Positions 48,928 through 62,374 of a stretch of DNA of 64,000 bases are shown piece after piece. The stretch is from Lama guanicoe (Eukaryota). The stretch's first letter is position 1. Each line of letters begins with the position of its first letter. The stretch is taken from assembly GCA_013239625.1 (NCBI GenBank), contig MU053881.1, positions 62,001-126,000 on the forward strand, read 5' to 3'. The position numbers and the translations under genes are program-made. The notes below the pieces were generated by a model. The model was not told where the DNA came from, searched no databases, and saw only the letters and a program-made list of their open reading frames with translations.

Positions 48928-50742
48928 AACGGGTAAGAGCAGCTTTGCGGTGATGTTTTCTCACCAGATGCCCCTCCCGTTCCTCCCCCTGCTGTGAGCA
49001 ACAGAGCCGAAGGAAGAGGGCCTCAAATGGGCGTAAAGTTGGGTTGGTCCCTGCCCCTACAAGGAAATCAACTCAATATTCTGAAAACAATTTTTTTTAA
49101 AAGAATGCTTATCATTTTGAAATATGAACTGAAATATTTACAGATGAAATGATACATCTGGACTTTGCTTTGAAATAACCCAGAGTGTGCACAAGAGGTG
49201 GGCTAGCTGAAACAGGATTAGCTATGTACTGATAACCAAAATTTGGTGATGGGTGAATCAAATTCATTCAGTTGTTCTCTGCACTTTGGCATATGTTGGA
49301 AATATTTCAAAATAGAAAGTTAAAAAAAAGATTAAAAGAAAAGTGACAGAATATATGCAACACACGAATCTGATTAAAGGACACTGAGTGTGTAAAGAAC
49401 TATGTGTCAATCAGAAAACGACAAGAGGTATCTGAATGGCAAAACCAAAAAACAAAACAAATAACAACCCTTTTATTAATAAGGGAAACCCAGACTGAAA
49501 ACCACAATAAACTATCATTACACTTACCAGACCGTCAAACATTAAAAATCAGACAAAAACAAGCTTTGGCAAAGTTGTGGAATAATGAAAAAAAAAAATC
49601 TCCTAAACTGCTGGTAGGAGAGTAAATGGGAACAAGCACTCTAAACAGAGTTAAGCTTACCTAGTAGGTCAAATGCATGCGTGCGCTGCCACCTCGCAGC
49701 TCCAACCCTCAACCCGGGCTTGCCTCAGCCGGGAGCAGGGGCACGACCAGCCGGGAACCCTCCCTGCCCGGGGTCCCTGGGTGCCTGGGGCCCTGCCTCG
49801 CTCTCCCGCTGACCGTGGGGTGGGGGTGGGGGGACGACACTCAAGCTCGGCTTCTCCTTTCCGGGGGCCCAGCGTTCTTTGGCTGAGCTGAGGCTGGAGC
49901 ATCGCTGCCTAAGGACGAGATGCTGCCGCCCAGCGCTGTCCCCGCTCTCTCAGTAAAAACGGGTAAGAGCAGCTTTGCGGTGATGTTTTCTCACCAGATG
50001 CCCCTCCCGTTCCTCCCCCTGCTGTGAGCAACAGAGCCGAAGGAAGAGGGCCTCAAATGGGCGTAAAGTTGGGTTGGTCCCTGCCCCTACAAGGAAATCA
50101 ACTCAATATTCTGAAAACAATTTTTTTTAAAAGAATGCTTATCATTTTGAAATATGAACTGAAATATTTACAGATGAAATGATACATCTGGACTTTGCTT
50201 TGAAATAACCCAGAGTGTGCACAAGAGGTGGGCTAGCTGAAACAGGATTAGCTATGTACTGATAACCAAAATTTGGTGATGGGTGAATCAAATTCATTCA
50301 GTTGTTCTCTGCACTTTGGCATATGTTGGAAATATTTCAAAATAGAAAGTTAAAAAAAAGATTAAAAGAAAAGTGACAGAATATATGCAACACACGAATC
50401 TGATTAAAGGACACTGAGTGTGTAAAGAACTATGTGTCAATCAGAAAACGACAAGAGGTATCTGAATGGCAAAACCAAAAAACAAAACAAATAACAACCC
50501 TTTTATTAATAAGGGAAACCCAGACTGAAAACCACAATAAACTATCATTACACTTACCAGACCGTCAAACATTAAAAATCAGACAAAAACAAGCTTTGGC
50601 AAAGTTGTGGAATAATGAAAAAAAAAAATCTCCTAAACTGCTGGTAGGAGAGTAAATGGGAACAAGCACTCTAAACAGAGTTAAGCTTACCTAGTAGGTC
50701 AAATGCATGCGTGCGCTGCCACCTCGCAGCTCCAACCCTCAA
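48683..50742. repeat. Head-to-tail tandem duplication, 2 x 1030 bp
   Basis: 48683-49712 and 49713-50742 are identical by eye except A48883 vs G49913; the ORF track shows identical ORFs 1030 nt apart. Confidence 0.97.
49090..49712 (+). mobile_element. Ancient L1M 3' fragments (repeated at 50120-50742, continuing to ~51010)
   Basis: gaaatatttacagatgaaatgata..tctgggactttgctttgaaataa and ctgctggtaggagagtaaatggg..aagcactct resemble L1M 3' and ORF2-end motifs. Confidence 0.6.
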
Positions 50743-51194
50743 GTTCATGCCCTGGAGAAGCCCTTGTGCCCCAGCACCTAGCAGAATGCTCAGGGAATGA
50801 TTTGCTAAGGGCAGCGAGAAGGAGGAAGACAGCTTGAGACGACCCAAAGATACTTGCAGAGAAGAATAGATAAATGTATTTTGGAATAGTCGCACAATGT
50901 AATACCATACTACAGCGAAAACAAATTAACTACAGCTCTTACAATTCCATGCATTAACATGAAGTAATCTCAAAGACATAGTGGCCAAAGAATTCCAGCC
51001 CCAGAAGAAATCATACAAAACTCTTTTTTTTTTGAGACAATTCATATACCATAAAATTCACCTCTTTAAAGTGAATTTGGAGTTTTTAGGTATTCACTGT
51101 AGTGCAGTTATCACCACTACCTAATCTCGGGACGTTTATATCACTCCCAAAGGAATCTGCACCCATTAGAAGTCACTGTTCGTTGGAGAGTGTT

Positions 51195-51319
51195 TTTTAA
51201 AATATTTTTAGGGGGAGGTAATTATGTTTATTTATTTATTTTAATGGAGGGACTGGGGGTTGGACCCAGGACCTCGTGCACGCTAAGTGCACGCTGTACT
51301 GCTGAGCTCCACCCTCTCC
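51195..51319 (-). mobile_element. tRNA-derived SINE, same family as the one at 42073
   Basis: Reverse complement shares head (GGAGAGGGTGGAGCTCAGCAGT..), body and tail (aaataaacataattacctcccc) with the 42073 element. Confidence 0.8.
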
Positions 51320-51329
51320 TGTTTGCTGG

Positions 51330-54300
51330 GGAGGTGTTTATTCAAACCCTTTACCCATTTTTAAATTGGGTTGTCTTTTCACTGTTGAATTGTTAAGAGT
51401 TCTTTAAATATTTTGGAGACTAGACTCATCAGATACGATTTACAAATATTTTCCTCATTCTATGGGTTTCTTATTTTTTTCACTAACAACAAGTTTTCGA
51501 TTTTGATTAAATCCAGTTAAGCTAGTTTCTTCTTTGGTGGCTTGTGTTTTAAAAGGTGTCTTATCTAACTATTGCCTAATCCAGGGTCATGAAGATTTAT
51601 GCCTATGTTTTCTTTCTAAGGGTTTTTGTAGTTTTAGCTTTTACATTTAGGTTTTTTAAATTCATTTTGAGTTAATTGTCTGTGGTGCGTGGTCGAGGGC
51701 CAGCTTCACTCTTGCTTGTCGGTGCTCAGTAGTTCAGCACCATTTGTTGGAGATACCACTCTTTCCCTTACGGAGGTGCCTCGGATCTTTGCCCCAAATC
51801 AACTGGCCAAAAATGTAGTGTATTTCCAGGCTCTCAGTTCAGTTCTGCTGTATCTGTGTGCTTCCCTTACGCCAGTGCCGCGCTGCCGTGAGTACTGCAG
51901 CTGTGTAATACGCTTGGAAGTCAGCAAGTTTGAGTCCTCCAAATTTGTTTTTTCAAGGTTGTTTGGCTTTTGGGGTCCCTTGGATTTCCACTTGAATTTT
52001 TAAGGTCAGTGTCAGTTTCCCCAACAAACAAAAAAGCCAGTGGGGTTTTGTGAGGGATTGCACTGAATCTGTAGGTCAGTTTGGAGAGTATTGTCTTCTT
52101 AACTGTTTTGGTTTTCCCCTCAACTGTAAGTTTCTCAATCCATAAAAGGGAAATGCCTTTCCATTTACTTAAGTATTCTTCGCAATGTTTTACAGTTTTG
52201 TTGTAGACAGCCTACAAGTCTTGCGTTTCTTTTGCTAAATTCCTGAGTATTTTATTGTTTAATGCTATAGTAAATTAAATTGTTTTCTTAATTTGGGATA
52301 GTTCACTGCTAATGACTAGAAATAGAATGGATTTTTGTACATTAATCTTGCTGAACTCAGATCTGTTAGCTTTAACAGGTTTTTTGGTGCATGGATTACT
52401 TAAGATGTCCTATGTGCAATATCATGCCATCTGCAAGAATAGTTTTACTTTTTTGTCTCCAGTCAACTTCACCTACGCCATCTGATATGTTGTTCACAGT
52501 ATCCCATAGTAATCCTAACTCTGTAGGGTTGCTAATGTCCCCCTTTCATTTCTGACTTTGTAACTTGAATATTCCTTTTTTCTGTACAGTATACGTAAAG
52601 GTTCGTCAATTTTGCTGAACTTTCCAAAGAACAACAAATGCCATATGGCTCTTTACAAATGATAAAAATGTCTTTTATTTCATTTTCTTGCCTAGTTTGC
52701 CTGGCTAGAACATTTGTACACTGACCAGAAATGGCAAGAGAAGCCATCTGGGTTTTTTGTTTTGTTTTTTTTTCTGATCTCAGAGGGAAAGCCTTCAGTG
52801 TTTCACCGTTAAGTAGGATGTTAGCTGTGGGTTCGTTGTAAATGCCCTTTATCAAGTTGATTCCATTCCTAGTTTGGCGAGTGGGTTTTTGTTATTTGCT
52901 GTTTTTAAATGAAGGGTGGTACAATTTTGTCAAATACTTTTTCTGTGCCTAATGATGTAATTCTGTCATTTTGTCCTTTATACTGTTGATCTAGTGTGTT
53001 ACATTAATTGGGAATATTAAGCCAACTTGCATTCCTGAGATAAATTCCACTTGGGCTGGTGTATGAGTTTTACATTTTGCTGCATTGTTTTGGTAATTTT
53101 TTGAGAATTTTGTGCCTGTATTCGTAAGCGATAGTAGTGCCTGGTTTTGATATTAGGGTAATATTGGTCTTACAGAATCAGTTAAGAAGTGTTCCTTCAA
53201 ATTTTTGGAACAATTGTGAAGAACTGATATTGTTCTTAAGTATTTGGTAGGATTCCCCAGGGAAGCCACCGGGGCCTGGGCTTTCCTCCCCATATAGTTA
53301 TTTTCATTACGAATCCAACCTCTTTACTTGTTACGTGTATTCAAATTTTCCGCTTCTTCTTTAGTCAGTTTTGGTGGCATGGGACTGTCTAGGAGCCTGT
53401 CATCCATTCACACAGTATTCCGTAACAATCCTTATTCTGCAGAGTTGGTGGTAATGCCCCCCTTTAATTCCTGACTTTAGTAATTTGAATGCTTTTGTCT
53501 AACCAGTTTTGCTGCTCTTTCCAAAGAACCAACTTCTGTTCATTTCTCAATTGTTTATTCTCTGCTTCATTGTTTTAATTCTTACTATTCCCTTTCTTCT
53601 GCTTGCTTTGAGTTTGCCTTGCTCTTTGTTTCCCAGTATCTTAAAAAAAACCCCGTAACTTTCCACTTTATTTTTTGCAACAAATAAAATTGAAAATTTT
53701 AGAAGGGAATTTTTTTTAAATGTAGACATTTATAGCTATAAATTCCCCTTTAAGCAGTTTTTGTTGCAACCCACGGGATTTGGTGTGGATTTTCATTTAT
53801 TTCAATGTATTTCCTAATTTCTTTTGATTTCCCATTTGACCCATGGGCATTTAGGAGTGTGTTGTTTAACTTCCCCGTATTTCCAAATTTCCCAACTTTA
53901 TTTCTGGCTTCACTTCATTATGATAGAGATACACTCTGTATGATTTCAGTTCTTTTAAACTTGTTCAAGCTTGTTTTATGATGCAGCCCACGGCGTTTTG
54001 GAGATTGTCCCACGTGGGCTTGGGAAGCACATGTATTCTGGCGTCATTAGGTGGGGGGTTCTGTACACACCTTAGACCTGGTTGCCTCACAGTGCTGGTC
54101 AAGCCTCCTGTTCCATTGATCCCTGCCTAGTTGTTCTGTCCATCGAGAGCAGGGTATTCATGTGTCCAGCTGTCACTGCTGAACTGTCCGTTAACCCTTC
54201 CGTTCTGTCAGCTTTTGCTTCATGTAGTTTGGTGTTGCTCATCGTTATAAAACGTCGCTTTCTCCGGGCGTCTTTTGCTCTCACGTCTATCTTATCTGTC

Positions 54301-54520
54301 AGTACAGCCACTCCAGCTTGCTGATACCGTCTGTGTGTGACGCCTTTTCCCCTCCTTTGACTTTCACTATTTGTATCTTTAGATGTAAGGTATGTCTCCT
54401 GTACAGAGCATAGAGCTGGACTGTTTACTTTTACCCAGTCTCATCTCTTGTTTGTCAGACTGGATTAATCCATTCATATCTAATGTCATTATTGGATTTA
54501 TGTCTGTCATTTTACTTTTT
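51330..54520 (-). mobile_element. Old degenerate LINE-1 (L1M-type) ORF2 fragments
   Basis: Minus-strand translations IKGIYNEPTANILLNGETLKAFPLRS (ORF2 RT region) and KEQGKLKASRRKGIVRIK; T-rich + strand; many stops. Confidence 0.85.
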
Positions 54521-54560
54521 TTTTCAGTGTCTCATGTCTTTTTTTTTTTAACTAATGTCA

Positions 54561-54655
54561 TTTTATTTTATTTTATTGAGTTACAGTCAGTTTACAATGT
54601 GTCAATTTCCGGTGCGGAGCACATCTTTTCAATTATACATGCGCATACATAATCT
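54561..54655 (-). mobile_element. Short young L1 3' tail insertion
   Basis: T-rich tail then gagttacagtcagtttacaatgtgtcaatttc, reverse-complement match to the 36521 element; flanked by atgtcatttt at both sides. Confidence 0.65.
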
Positions 54656-56134
54656 CATGTCATTTTTATTCCTTACCTTTTTTTTTGCGTTAAGTGAATG
54701 TTTTCTAGTATAACATTTTAATTTTTCATAATTTTGCAGTTTCATATAGTTGACAAAGTGGATTCTGGCTGTCTGAACCCACAGCTTAAACTCACCCTGC
54801 CGGAAAGGAGAGGAGCACCTGGGAGTTCGAGCTCTTGACACCACCTCCAGTCACGCTGGCGTAGCGAACAAAGTTTCTCATGACAGGCCCAAAAAAGTTT
54901 AATAGTTTCAAGTAGATCAGAGTGATTTGGAGTGTGCAGTTCAAAGAAAATGAGGTAACAGACATCTTCTTATTCATTTGATTTAAAATGTTAATGATGC
55001 TAAAAAAACTGCAGAGACCGGTCTTTAAGCTGCCTTGTAATCGAGCAGTCCAGCTGGATTAGACTCATCTGGGGAACAATGTACGTAGAAAATTTTTTCT
55101 TTTATTACCTGGAGAAAATTATAAACTTATAGAAACAGGCTCAAATTCTTGTAAAATTCTAGTAAAAACTCTTCTGTAAGATTCCTCTAATATATATAAC
55201 CTGTACATTAAAAACGCCTTTAAAGTATTAGTTTTAAGCTTGTTTTAAACTGTTTCAACTTGAATACCTAAATAACACTCCAAGAGAGGAATTCTCAGTA
55301 TATAGAACATTGCTTAGAACTTTATTCTAAATACACTTCAGTTCATGTTTCCTTAGGTGTGTGTTCCTCTCAAGAACATCACCTAGAATTTGTAATGTGG
55401 GCATACTTCGTTAACTTTTACCACCTCTTTTCCCGGCAATTATAAAGAACAAGGCTTCTGTTATAGAGGTAAAATTATATATTAAGGATTAGGTAGAAAA
55501 TGCCTACTTTAAAAGCTGGACATCTCAGCAAACATTCATTTTATCTAAATTGTGCTGTGATTTAAAGGATTTGTTTTCCCAGCATCTACATAAAATTTTA
55601 CATTTGTTAAAAAAGTAGTTTCTAAAAAGCAAGTGGACTTAATGTTCTGAAGAGTTGGGAAGACAGACATTTTAAAAGTTTATATATACAGCAAAATATA
55701 TACATGTAACAAGTAAAACACTTAGTGAATTAGGATAACCCCACCAACACAATGTTTGCTATTGTATTTAAAAGCATTTATTTAAAATATGTCAGCCTCC
55801 TTCCAAAGGATGAAAGACACATGAGCCCATTTCTTATATTATGAGGTATCTGGTAACAACAAAATCCTAAATGCAAAAGGACCATCAGTTGCCTAAATAT
55901 AAAATCGAACTTTGGCAAAGATATGAGTGTTATACAGAATAACACAGCCAATAAGGACATTAAGTTTACAACGTCTCACCACATCACGGCCCTGTCCCCA
56001 TTTACGCTTCCCTTTCAAAGGGCGAGTTATAACCCTGTCCCAGATGACTCAGAATTTTAAATAGGTGGTGAGCCAATTAACACATATTTTTCTCAAACTT
56101 CAGTACTACAGCTATACAAATTACACTTTTAAAA

Positions 56135-59100
56135 TATTTCAAACAGATATTGAATTTATTGGTTGGCTATGAGTAGGAAAATACATCAGTAAAGAAAAGA
56201 CCCTGTATATAAATATAATACTAGCTAGCGACAATCCGACCAAGAAGGTTCCACTGGAAAGAACAGTAAGTAAAGTCCCTGTTACCACAAGTTCGTAAGT
56301 CATAGTCAGTTTCCCATCACCCTTGTCCAAGAGCTGCCTAGGCAGACGGGACATTCTTTGAGCTTAGTGCAGAAAATGTGCTGGGTTTTGTTACATAAAC
56401 GGTAAACAAAAGTTAGTCCAGTGCATTACACATTATATAATGTCCTGTGAATAAAGACTAGACGCTCTATTAGACACTACTTCAACATACTGGTCACTAA
56501 CATTTATGTAACCAAAAAGAAGAGCAAAGCGAACATCTTAAAATACTGTTCATGAGAGAGGGAGAAACACTTGCTAACGGTGTTCTTTGAGTCGCCTGCA
56601 GCATTTGTACGGGACATGCTGACTGGGCCATGAAAAGAACAAGCTGCTGTGAACTGCTTTGCCTCGGCTGGCTCTTGTCCTTCTATGATGTGACCCCAAA
56701 ACCCTAAAAGTCACTATGGAAATTAATTCTGTAAGTTTAAATAGTTAAAAAAAGAAGAAGAAGAAGAAAGAAAAAAGGAATACTTAAACTGGAATTTATT
56801 ACTGAAAATCTGAAATCTTAGAACTCTGAAATTTTAATTTCAACATTTTAGAAGTGCATTCCACCCAATTTAATAATGTCCTTAGGTTTCAAAGTGCTAA
56901 CTCAAAACAAGTGTTCCTGGCTATCACCAAATCAAACAAACATAAAACCACTTCTTGGAGATGTTCCTTGCCTGTCTTCTAGGACTATTAAAGTTGCAAT
57001 CAACAATTTGTTTCTACGACTTTAGTGTAAATAATGCCATAAATTAATTTGATGAACATTATTTAAATTCTTAAAACATAAATAATCATCACTAATATGG
57101 TAAATTGTACTGCAAGAGACTTTACACGAATTGAGCCCCTCCAAATTTCTGATCAGCAGAACAGAAAATATACCCCAAATTTTCTGTAAAACACTCATAA
57201 GATGGATTTACACTATGGCAACACCACATTAAATATATTTGTTATAGAATTTTTGAAAAAAAAACCTATACTACGAAAACATACTAGTTTTTATTGCATT
57301 TTAGGAAATATGGATTATTGGAAATTATTTAGGACACAGAAAATATTTAAAAAACAAAATCTTGCTTAACAAAAGTATCATAATCTATTATGGTGTGACC
57401 ATTTATTCCCTACAGACCCGAAGTATTTTTTTCTCTTTTGAAGGATACAGTCATAAACCTACACTCTTGGTTCAATTTATCACTATCTAATAAGGTAGAG
57501 AAGCTGTTCAAACTGCCCCACAGAACGCAGTATGCCTAGAAGAGGCAAGAACAAAGATTTTCAAGACTAACAGGCCATTATATCCTACTGTGCTGCCCCC
57601 AAATTCCAATATATTGTAGACAATAACAGTACAGATGAGAACATTTCATGTAAAGCTCAAACCTTCAGCGTCTAACAAGTGCACTCTAGTTCCAGCATCT
57701 ACGAGAACACACCCTCCGTTAACAAACACAGACAAGTAAGTGCTTCCCACCCCCTCCCGTAAAACTCTCTGGGCCTGCCGTCACACAACGCGGATCGCAG
57801 AACAGCGGGCTCCTTCGTCTCCTCAGTCCAACCAGCTCAAGCTTGCCCTTGCTGGAAATTGTCATGATGCACATTACCAACACAGTGTTTAGGAAAAATG
57901 AGTAAACACATCTTTTATTCACACTTTACAAAAACAAAACAAAACAAAAAACAAAACAAAACAAAAAAACCCAAAAAATAAAATTAGAAACAGAAGCCCC
58001 ATAAAAAGTTATGCATTGGTTTTGTATCAATAACACCAGCTTTCAATGTACTGATTATAAACTGGATGTGTTTGGTGTCAGCACAACTTAAAACAAAAAG
58101 TAAAAATTAAAAAAAATCACAACAAAATCTTAAAAAACAAACAAACAAAAACACCTCAAAGGAAAAACCAGGTCCCAAAGATTCAAGATCAAAATCTTCT
58201 GGAGAATTTTTTTAAAAGAAAAAGAAAGAAAAAAAAAAAAAAGGAAAAAAAAAAGAATCATTTACTTAAACAGTATGCAATTTTATTTTCTCTTAAAAAC
58301 AGAATAAGCACATTTAAGTGCTGAACATTTTTCATAAAATTTTAAGTCACTATCCAAAATGACTCATTCTCTGTATAAAAATTGTTACTAACATTCAACA
58401 ATTTCTTTTCTTAATGCTCACATACATGGTGTCCTTTTGCTTCCCTGCCTGCAGTTGAAACAAAAGCAGTTAGATCAAGTTCCCTCTGAATTCATTTGAT
58501 TTTTGAGAGAAGAATGAATGGATGAGAACAGAACATATACAAGTTACTTTGCAAAGTTAAAGCTGCCTTTAATTTCTACTCTACTAATGGCACTAAGGGC
58601 AAAATACAGGGTGTAATAACTCTTATCTTGGTTGACATATTAAAATGACTTAGTCACTTTAAAAATGATCTGAAGAACTGTCTTAGGGACCTGTTTTGAA
58701 AATACATCTCATTTATTTTATACTGCTTCATAAATTGAAAATTATCTTTTTTTTTAAAGGAATGATTTAAAAAAAAAAACATGGAGACTAAGGAATACAT
58801 GGAAAACAAAAAGAATTCACATGATAGTAGTATTCTGGGTGATGAACAGCACTGTGTAATGACACCAAGAAGCAGTGCTTGGGCCTGGTGAGCAAAGGCC
58901 CAGGGGCCCACCCTATGAGCATGTTCCAAAATGTGACATTCAATGCTTCACAAAGGAAAAAAGCCACAGTTCATACAAAAGCATCTTCATAAAACTCACA
59001 AATGTTAAACAGTATTTAAAAAATATAAAAGAGGATGCACAGATTTTCTCTGCATGCACAGGCAGTGTGTGGTGAGAATAAATTCAGGCAGGCACAGCGG

Positions 59101-60060
59101 AGATAGGACAGGAAGTATCTCAAAAAGGAGTTAAGAAGCTGTACTTAAGCAGCTGTAATTTTTCTTAACTTAAAAAAGTTAAAGATTTAAAAATATCAGA
59201 ATGTGCATATATTGACCATCACATTCAGTCCATAAATGCCTACAGATCGTTCACCGCTCAACTTACCCGTCCTGGTAGATAAGATAGTTTTTTGTAAAAA
59301 CCCAGGAATTCATGGGTAAGTTGCCTCTGGTCCAAGAAAATGTCCTAAGCTTTAAACAGATTTAGATTTAAACAGTAATGTTCTCGATTAAAAAACAAAG
59401 TAGTACAAAAGGGCTCACAAAACCCTAACAGCGCAAATCATCAGCAGAGAAAATTCTGTCACAGCCTCTTTTACAAGCTGGCCTTTGTAACACATGAAAC
59501 AGGCAAAAAAAATTAGCCTTAGATTACAATACAGTCATCTCCAAATCTGATTTTTTTTAGTACAAAATTTCATAAATCAGGTCTTCTGTGGATCATATAC
59601 AATCATAAAGGCTAAATTCAAATTCTGTATTTTACAAACATGTCTGAAAAAGGAGGAGAAGAGTGTGGAAGAATGGTCTCTGGATGTTATTACTGGCCTC
59701 AAAAATGTAGTGCTACAGATTTCTGTGCAAAGAGAATATGCTGTTCCAACATTTTCCTATTTCAAGGCATGAAAGTATTATATTGGGTACAAGAAACAGG
59801 AAAAGTACTTGTAACAAATTAAAGACAGGTGCAAACACACCAATCCCTGTCTGACAGTATATAAAGCATATTGGGCTCAGAGTCTGTTTGTTGCTAGCAC
59901 CTGGCTTTCATACCGTATCCTTATCAAATAATCAGATTGAAAACTCAAATCATTATTATTAAGGAAAAAAAAATCCCTAATGGCCATACCTCACTCCCCT
60001 ATATTCAGATTTTCTACGAGTTTATGAGTAAAACTGAGGTCATCCTCTGAAGGTACGTGG
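56135..60060 (-). other. CNOT6: CNOT6 3' UTR (~3.9 kb, AU/U-rich; end approximate)
   Basis: AT-rich sequence after the stop with no recognisable interspersed repeats; minus-strand AATAAA at 56155-56160 (others at 57914 and 55101). Confidence 0.65.
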
Positions 60061-60273
60061 CTACCTCCTGCCAGGAAGGTGAATGCCGTTAACCTGGGGC
60101 AGGAAAGGCAGTAAGAGCTCCAGCTGTGCAAAAAGTGAGAAGTGGTCGGACGGGATGAGTGGGTGCGGGCAGCCGCTGATGTTGTTCTCAACCAGCCAGT
60201 GGTGGTCCAGGGGTCCCAGGATGCCGAGTGTGTTCAGCTGAGGTTTAGAATAGAAGATGTAGTCTATTATACC
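60061..60273 (-). CDS. CNOT6: CNOT6 (CCR4a deadenylase) last coding exon
   Basis: cag|GIIDYIFYSKPQLNTLGILGPLDHHWLVENNISGCPHPLIPSDHFSLFAQLELLLPFLPQVNGIHLPGRR*; EEP-family IDYIF and SDH motifs. Confidence 0.97.
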   Translation of the reverse strand, partial: GIIDYIFYSKPQLNTLGILGPLDHHWLVENNISGCPHPLIPSDHFSLFAQLELLLPFLPQVNGIHLPGRR

Positions 60274-60499
60274 CTGAAAAACAGAAGAGGAGAAAAAAAA
60301 AAAAGACAAGGCACCACATAAGATAATACCGACATACTGAGAACTTTCAGCCATGTTTGGTAAGCAAAGAAACGTCACAGCCTGCAGGAAAAGGCAGCGC
60401 TCCACAGGCCAAATCTAACCCCTAGTCTTCAAGTGTCAGAATGAAGGAAGTTTAGAGATGATAATCATTCCTCCTTCTACCTGGATCTTTTCAAAATCT

Positions 60500-60950
60500 T
60501 TAAGGAGAACTAAAGAATCCTTCATGATATGGTCTCTGCTTCTCTTTCCTAACTTAATCCATGATCTTTCCCTTGCTTATGATCCCACTGCCACACTAGC
60601 CTTTTCCGGGGTTGGGGAGTGAAGTGGGGTACAGTGCCAAGCTCCTTTCTGCCCCAGGGCCCCCACACATGCTGTCCCTCTGCCTGGAACACTTTCTTTA
60701 ACTTGTCATCTGGTGAATTCCTTCTCAACCTTCAAGAACCAAATGTAATAATCACTTTCCCAAGACATTCCCTCACCCCCTTAATAGCTCCTACCACATG
60801 TGACTTCCCTGCTCATGCATACCCCAGGGTGTAACCACAGACCTCTCTGTCCCACCAGATCCTGATTCCACAAGGGCCAGGCTGACTCTGCCTCCCACAC
60901 CCTCAGCAGCACCCGGGCACAGCGTCTGGAACACAGCTAGGTCACTCCTC
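60500..60950 (+). mobile_element. L2 fragment in the last CNOT6 intron
   Basis: catgctgtccctctgcctggaacact..; gggcacagcgtctggaacacag are L2 3'-region motifs. Confidence 0.55.
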
Positions 60951-62171
60951 CCTGTAACTGCAGCCTCTCCTTTACAATGCTCTTGACTAGAAGCATTTCA
61001 AGCACATTCAAGTGTCTTCTTCCCAACTTTATATATCAGTAACAGGAACAAGAGAAAAAAATCCCTCATCTCTCTCACCTTTTGGTTATCATGCTCACTT
61101 CTTCAATCTGCTTGAAATAAGAACCTAAAAGTTGGCTTTTACTACCGCATTGCTCAGATATTCTTCAACTCATCATATTCTAGTTTCTCTGACCAGCTCT
61201 CCAGTGAAACAACTTAAATCTCACTCAGACACACACACACACGCACTTCTGAAGCTTACCACTCACTCCACTTTCCCTAGAAAGGCCTTCTTCCCTTGGT
61301 ATTTAAGTTCCAATTTGCTCCTGGTTTCCCTCCTCTCAGGTCACCGTCAGTCACACTAGTTTTCCCGAGTCTACTCCAGTCTCTCTACAGCTCTGCACAC
61401 TCATCTGTTTCCAGGGTTAAATCACTGTCTGCAGTACTTGACCGAAGTCAAGTAAAAAACTGTCAGTTTTCAAGTTTCTCAAAGGAGTCTGAACAGCCCT
61501 CTGCTCCAAAATTCAGAACCAATTAACACAACTATTTATACTCTATAGGACAGTCTAACCTGAATGATTATTTTTTTCAGCAGGTTAAAACTGGAAAACT
61601 AGGATTTAAGAGAGCAGAAAGGTAAAAGGTGGCTAAAAAGGCCACAAGCCCTAGACAAGGGCCGGTAATAAAAATGAGGAGAATCACTAAGGAAAGGCTA
61701 GCTCCACACTGTAATCCAGTAACTGTAGAAGAGAGCATGTGAATGATACATACATATTTTAGAAATTAAAACATCGCTAGTAATAAACTACATTTTGGTA
61801 CTCAAGGAGCACAGTTTCACTTAAACTGAAATAGGAGAGATGGGACCCCTCTTCTCAACTGACATCAGATTAAACACATCATCTGGTTGTTAGTAATGAA
61901 CCTATTAAAAAAAAGTCCAAAAAAGGTGAGTTAACTCAGGATTTACTATCATTATTTCACATGATTTCTTACCCTGGAAATTATTCTGATAGGTATGCAG
62001 GGATGGGCCTCTAATAGGGAATTCTACGTAAGAGTAACAAAAGAAAATCGCTGTCAACGAATTCGAGATGGCCTAATTCCATTCTGAACAGTAACGTTTT
62101 AAAGGTACCATAAGTTACAAGACTCTTTAAAAAAACAGATTTTGCAAGGTCATTAATCTCTCAACACTCAC

Positions 62172-62374
62172 CTTAAAATCAAACGTGTAATTTGTGTAAG
62201 GCATCAGGCCACTCTCGTAGGCACTCTTTAACTTGAAACCATGAGTGATCCTTCCGTTGGTTGTCCCATTTTTCCCATTACAGCTGAAGTTTGTAAGACT
62301 TTCATTGTATCTCAGTTCCTTGAAGTCTTTATGGTTTGTTTCTACTCCACCAGTGCTCAAATACTCTACAACAC
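62172..62374 (-). CDS. CNOT6: CNOT6 penultimate coding exon
   Basis: GVVEYLSTGGVETNHKDFKELRYNESLTNFSCNGKNGTTNGRITHGFKLKSAYESGLMPYTNYTFDFK|gtgag; phase-compatible with the last exon. Confidence 0.97.

Noticed and set aside
49404..49625. 73-aa ORF present twice (also 50434-50655)
   Set aside because: Decayed L1 sequence inside the 1030-bp duplication; non-ATG start
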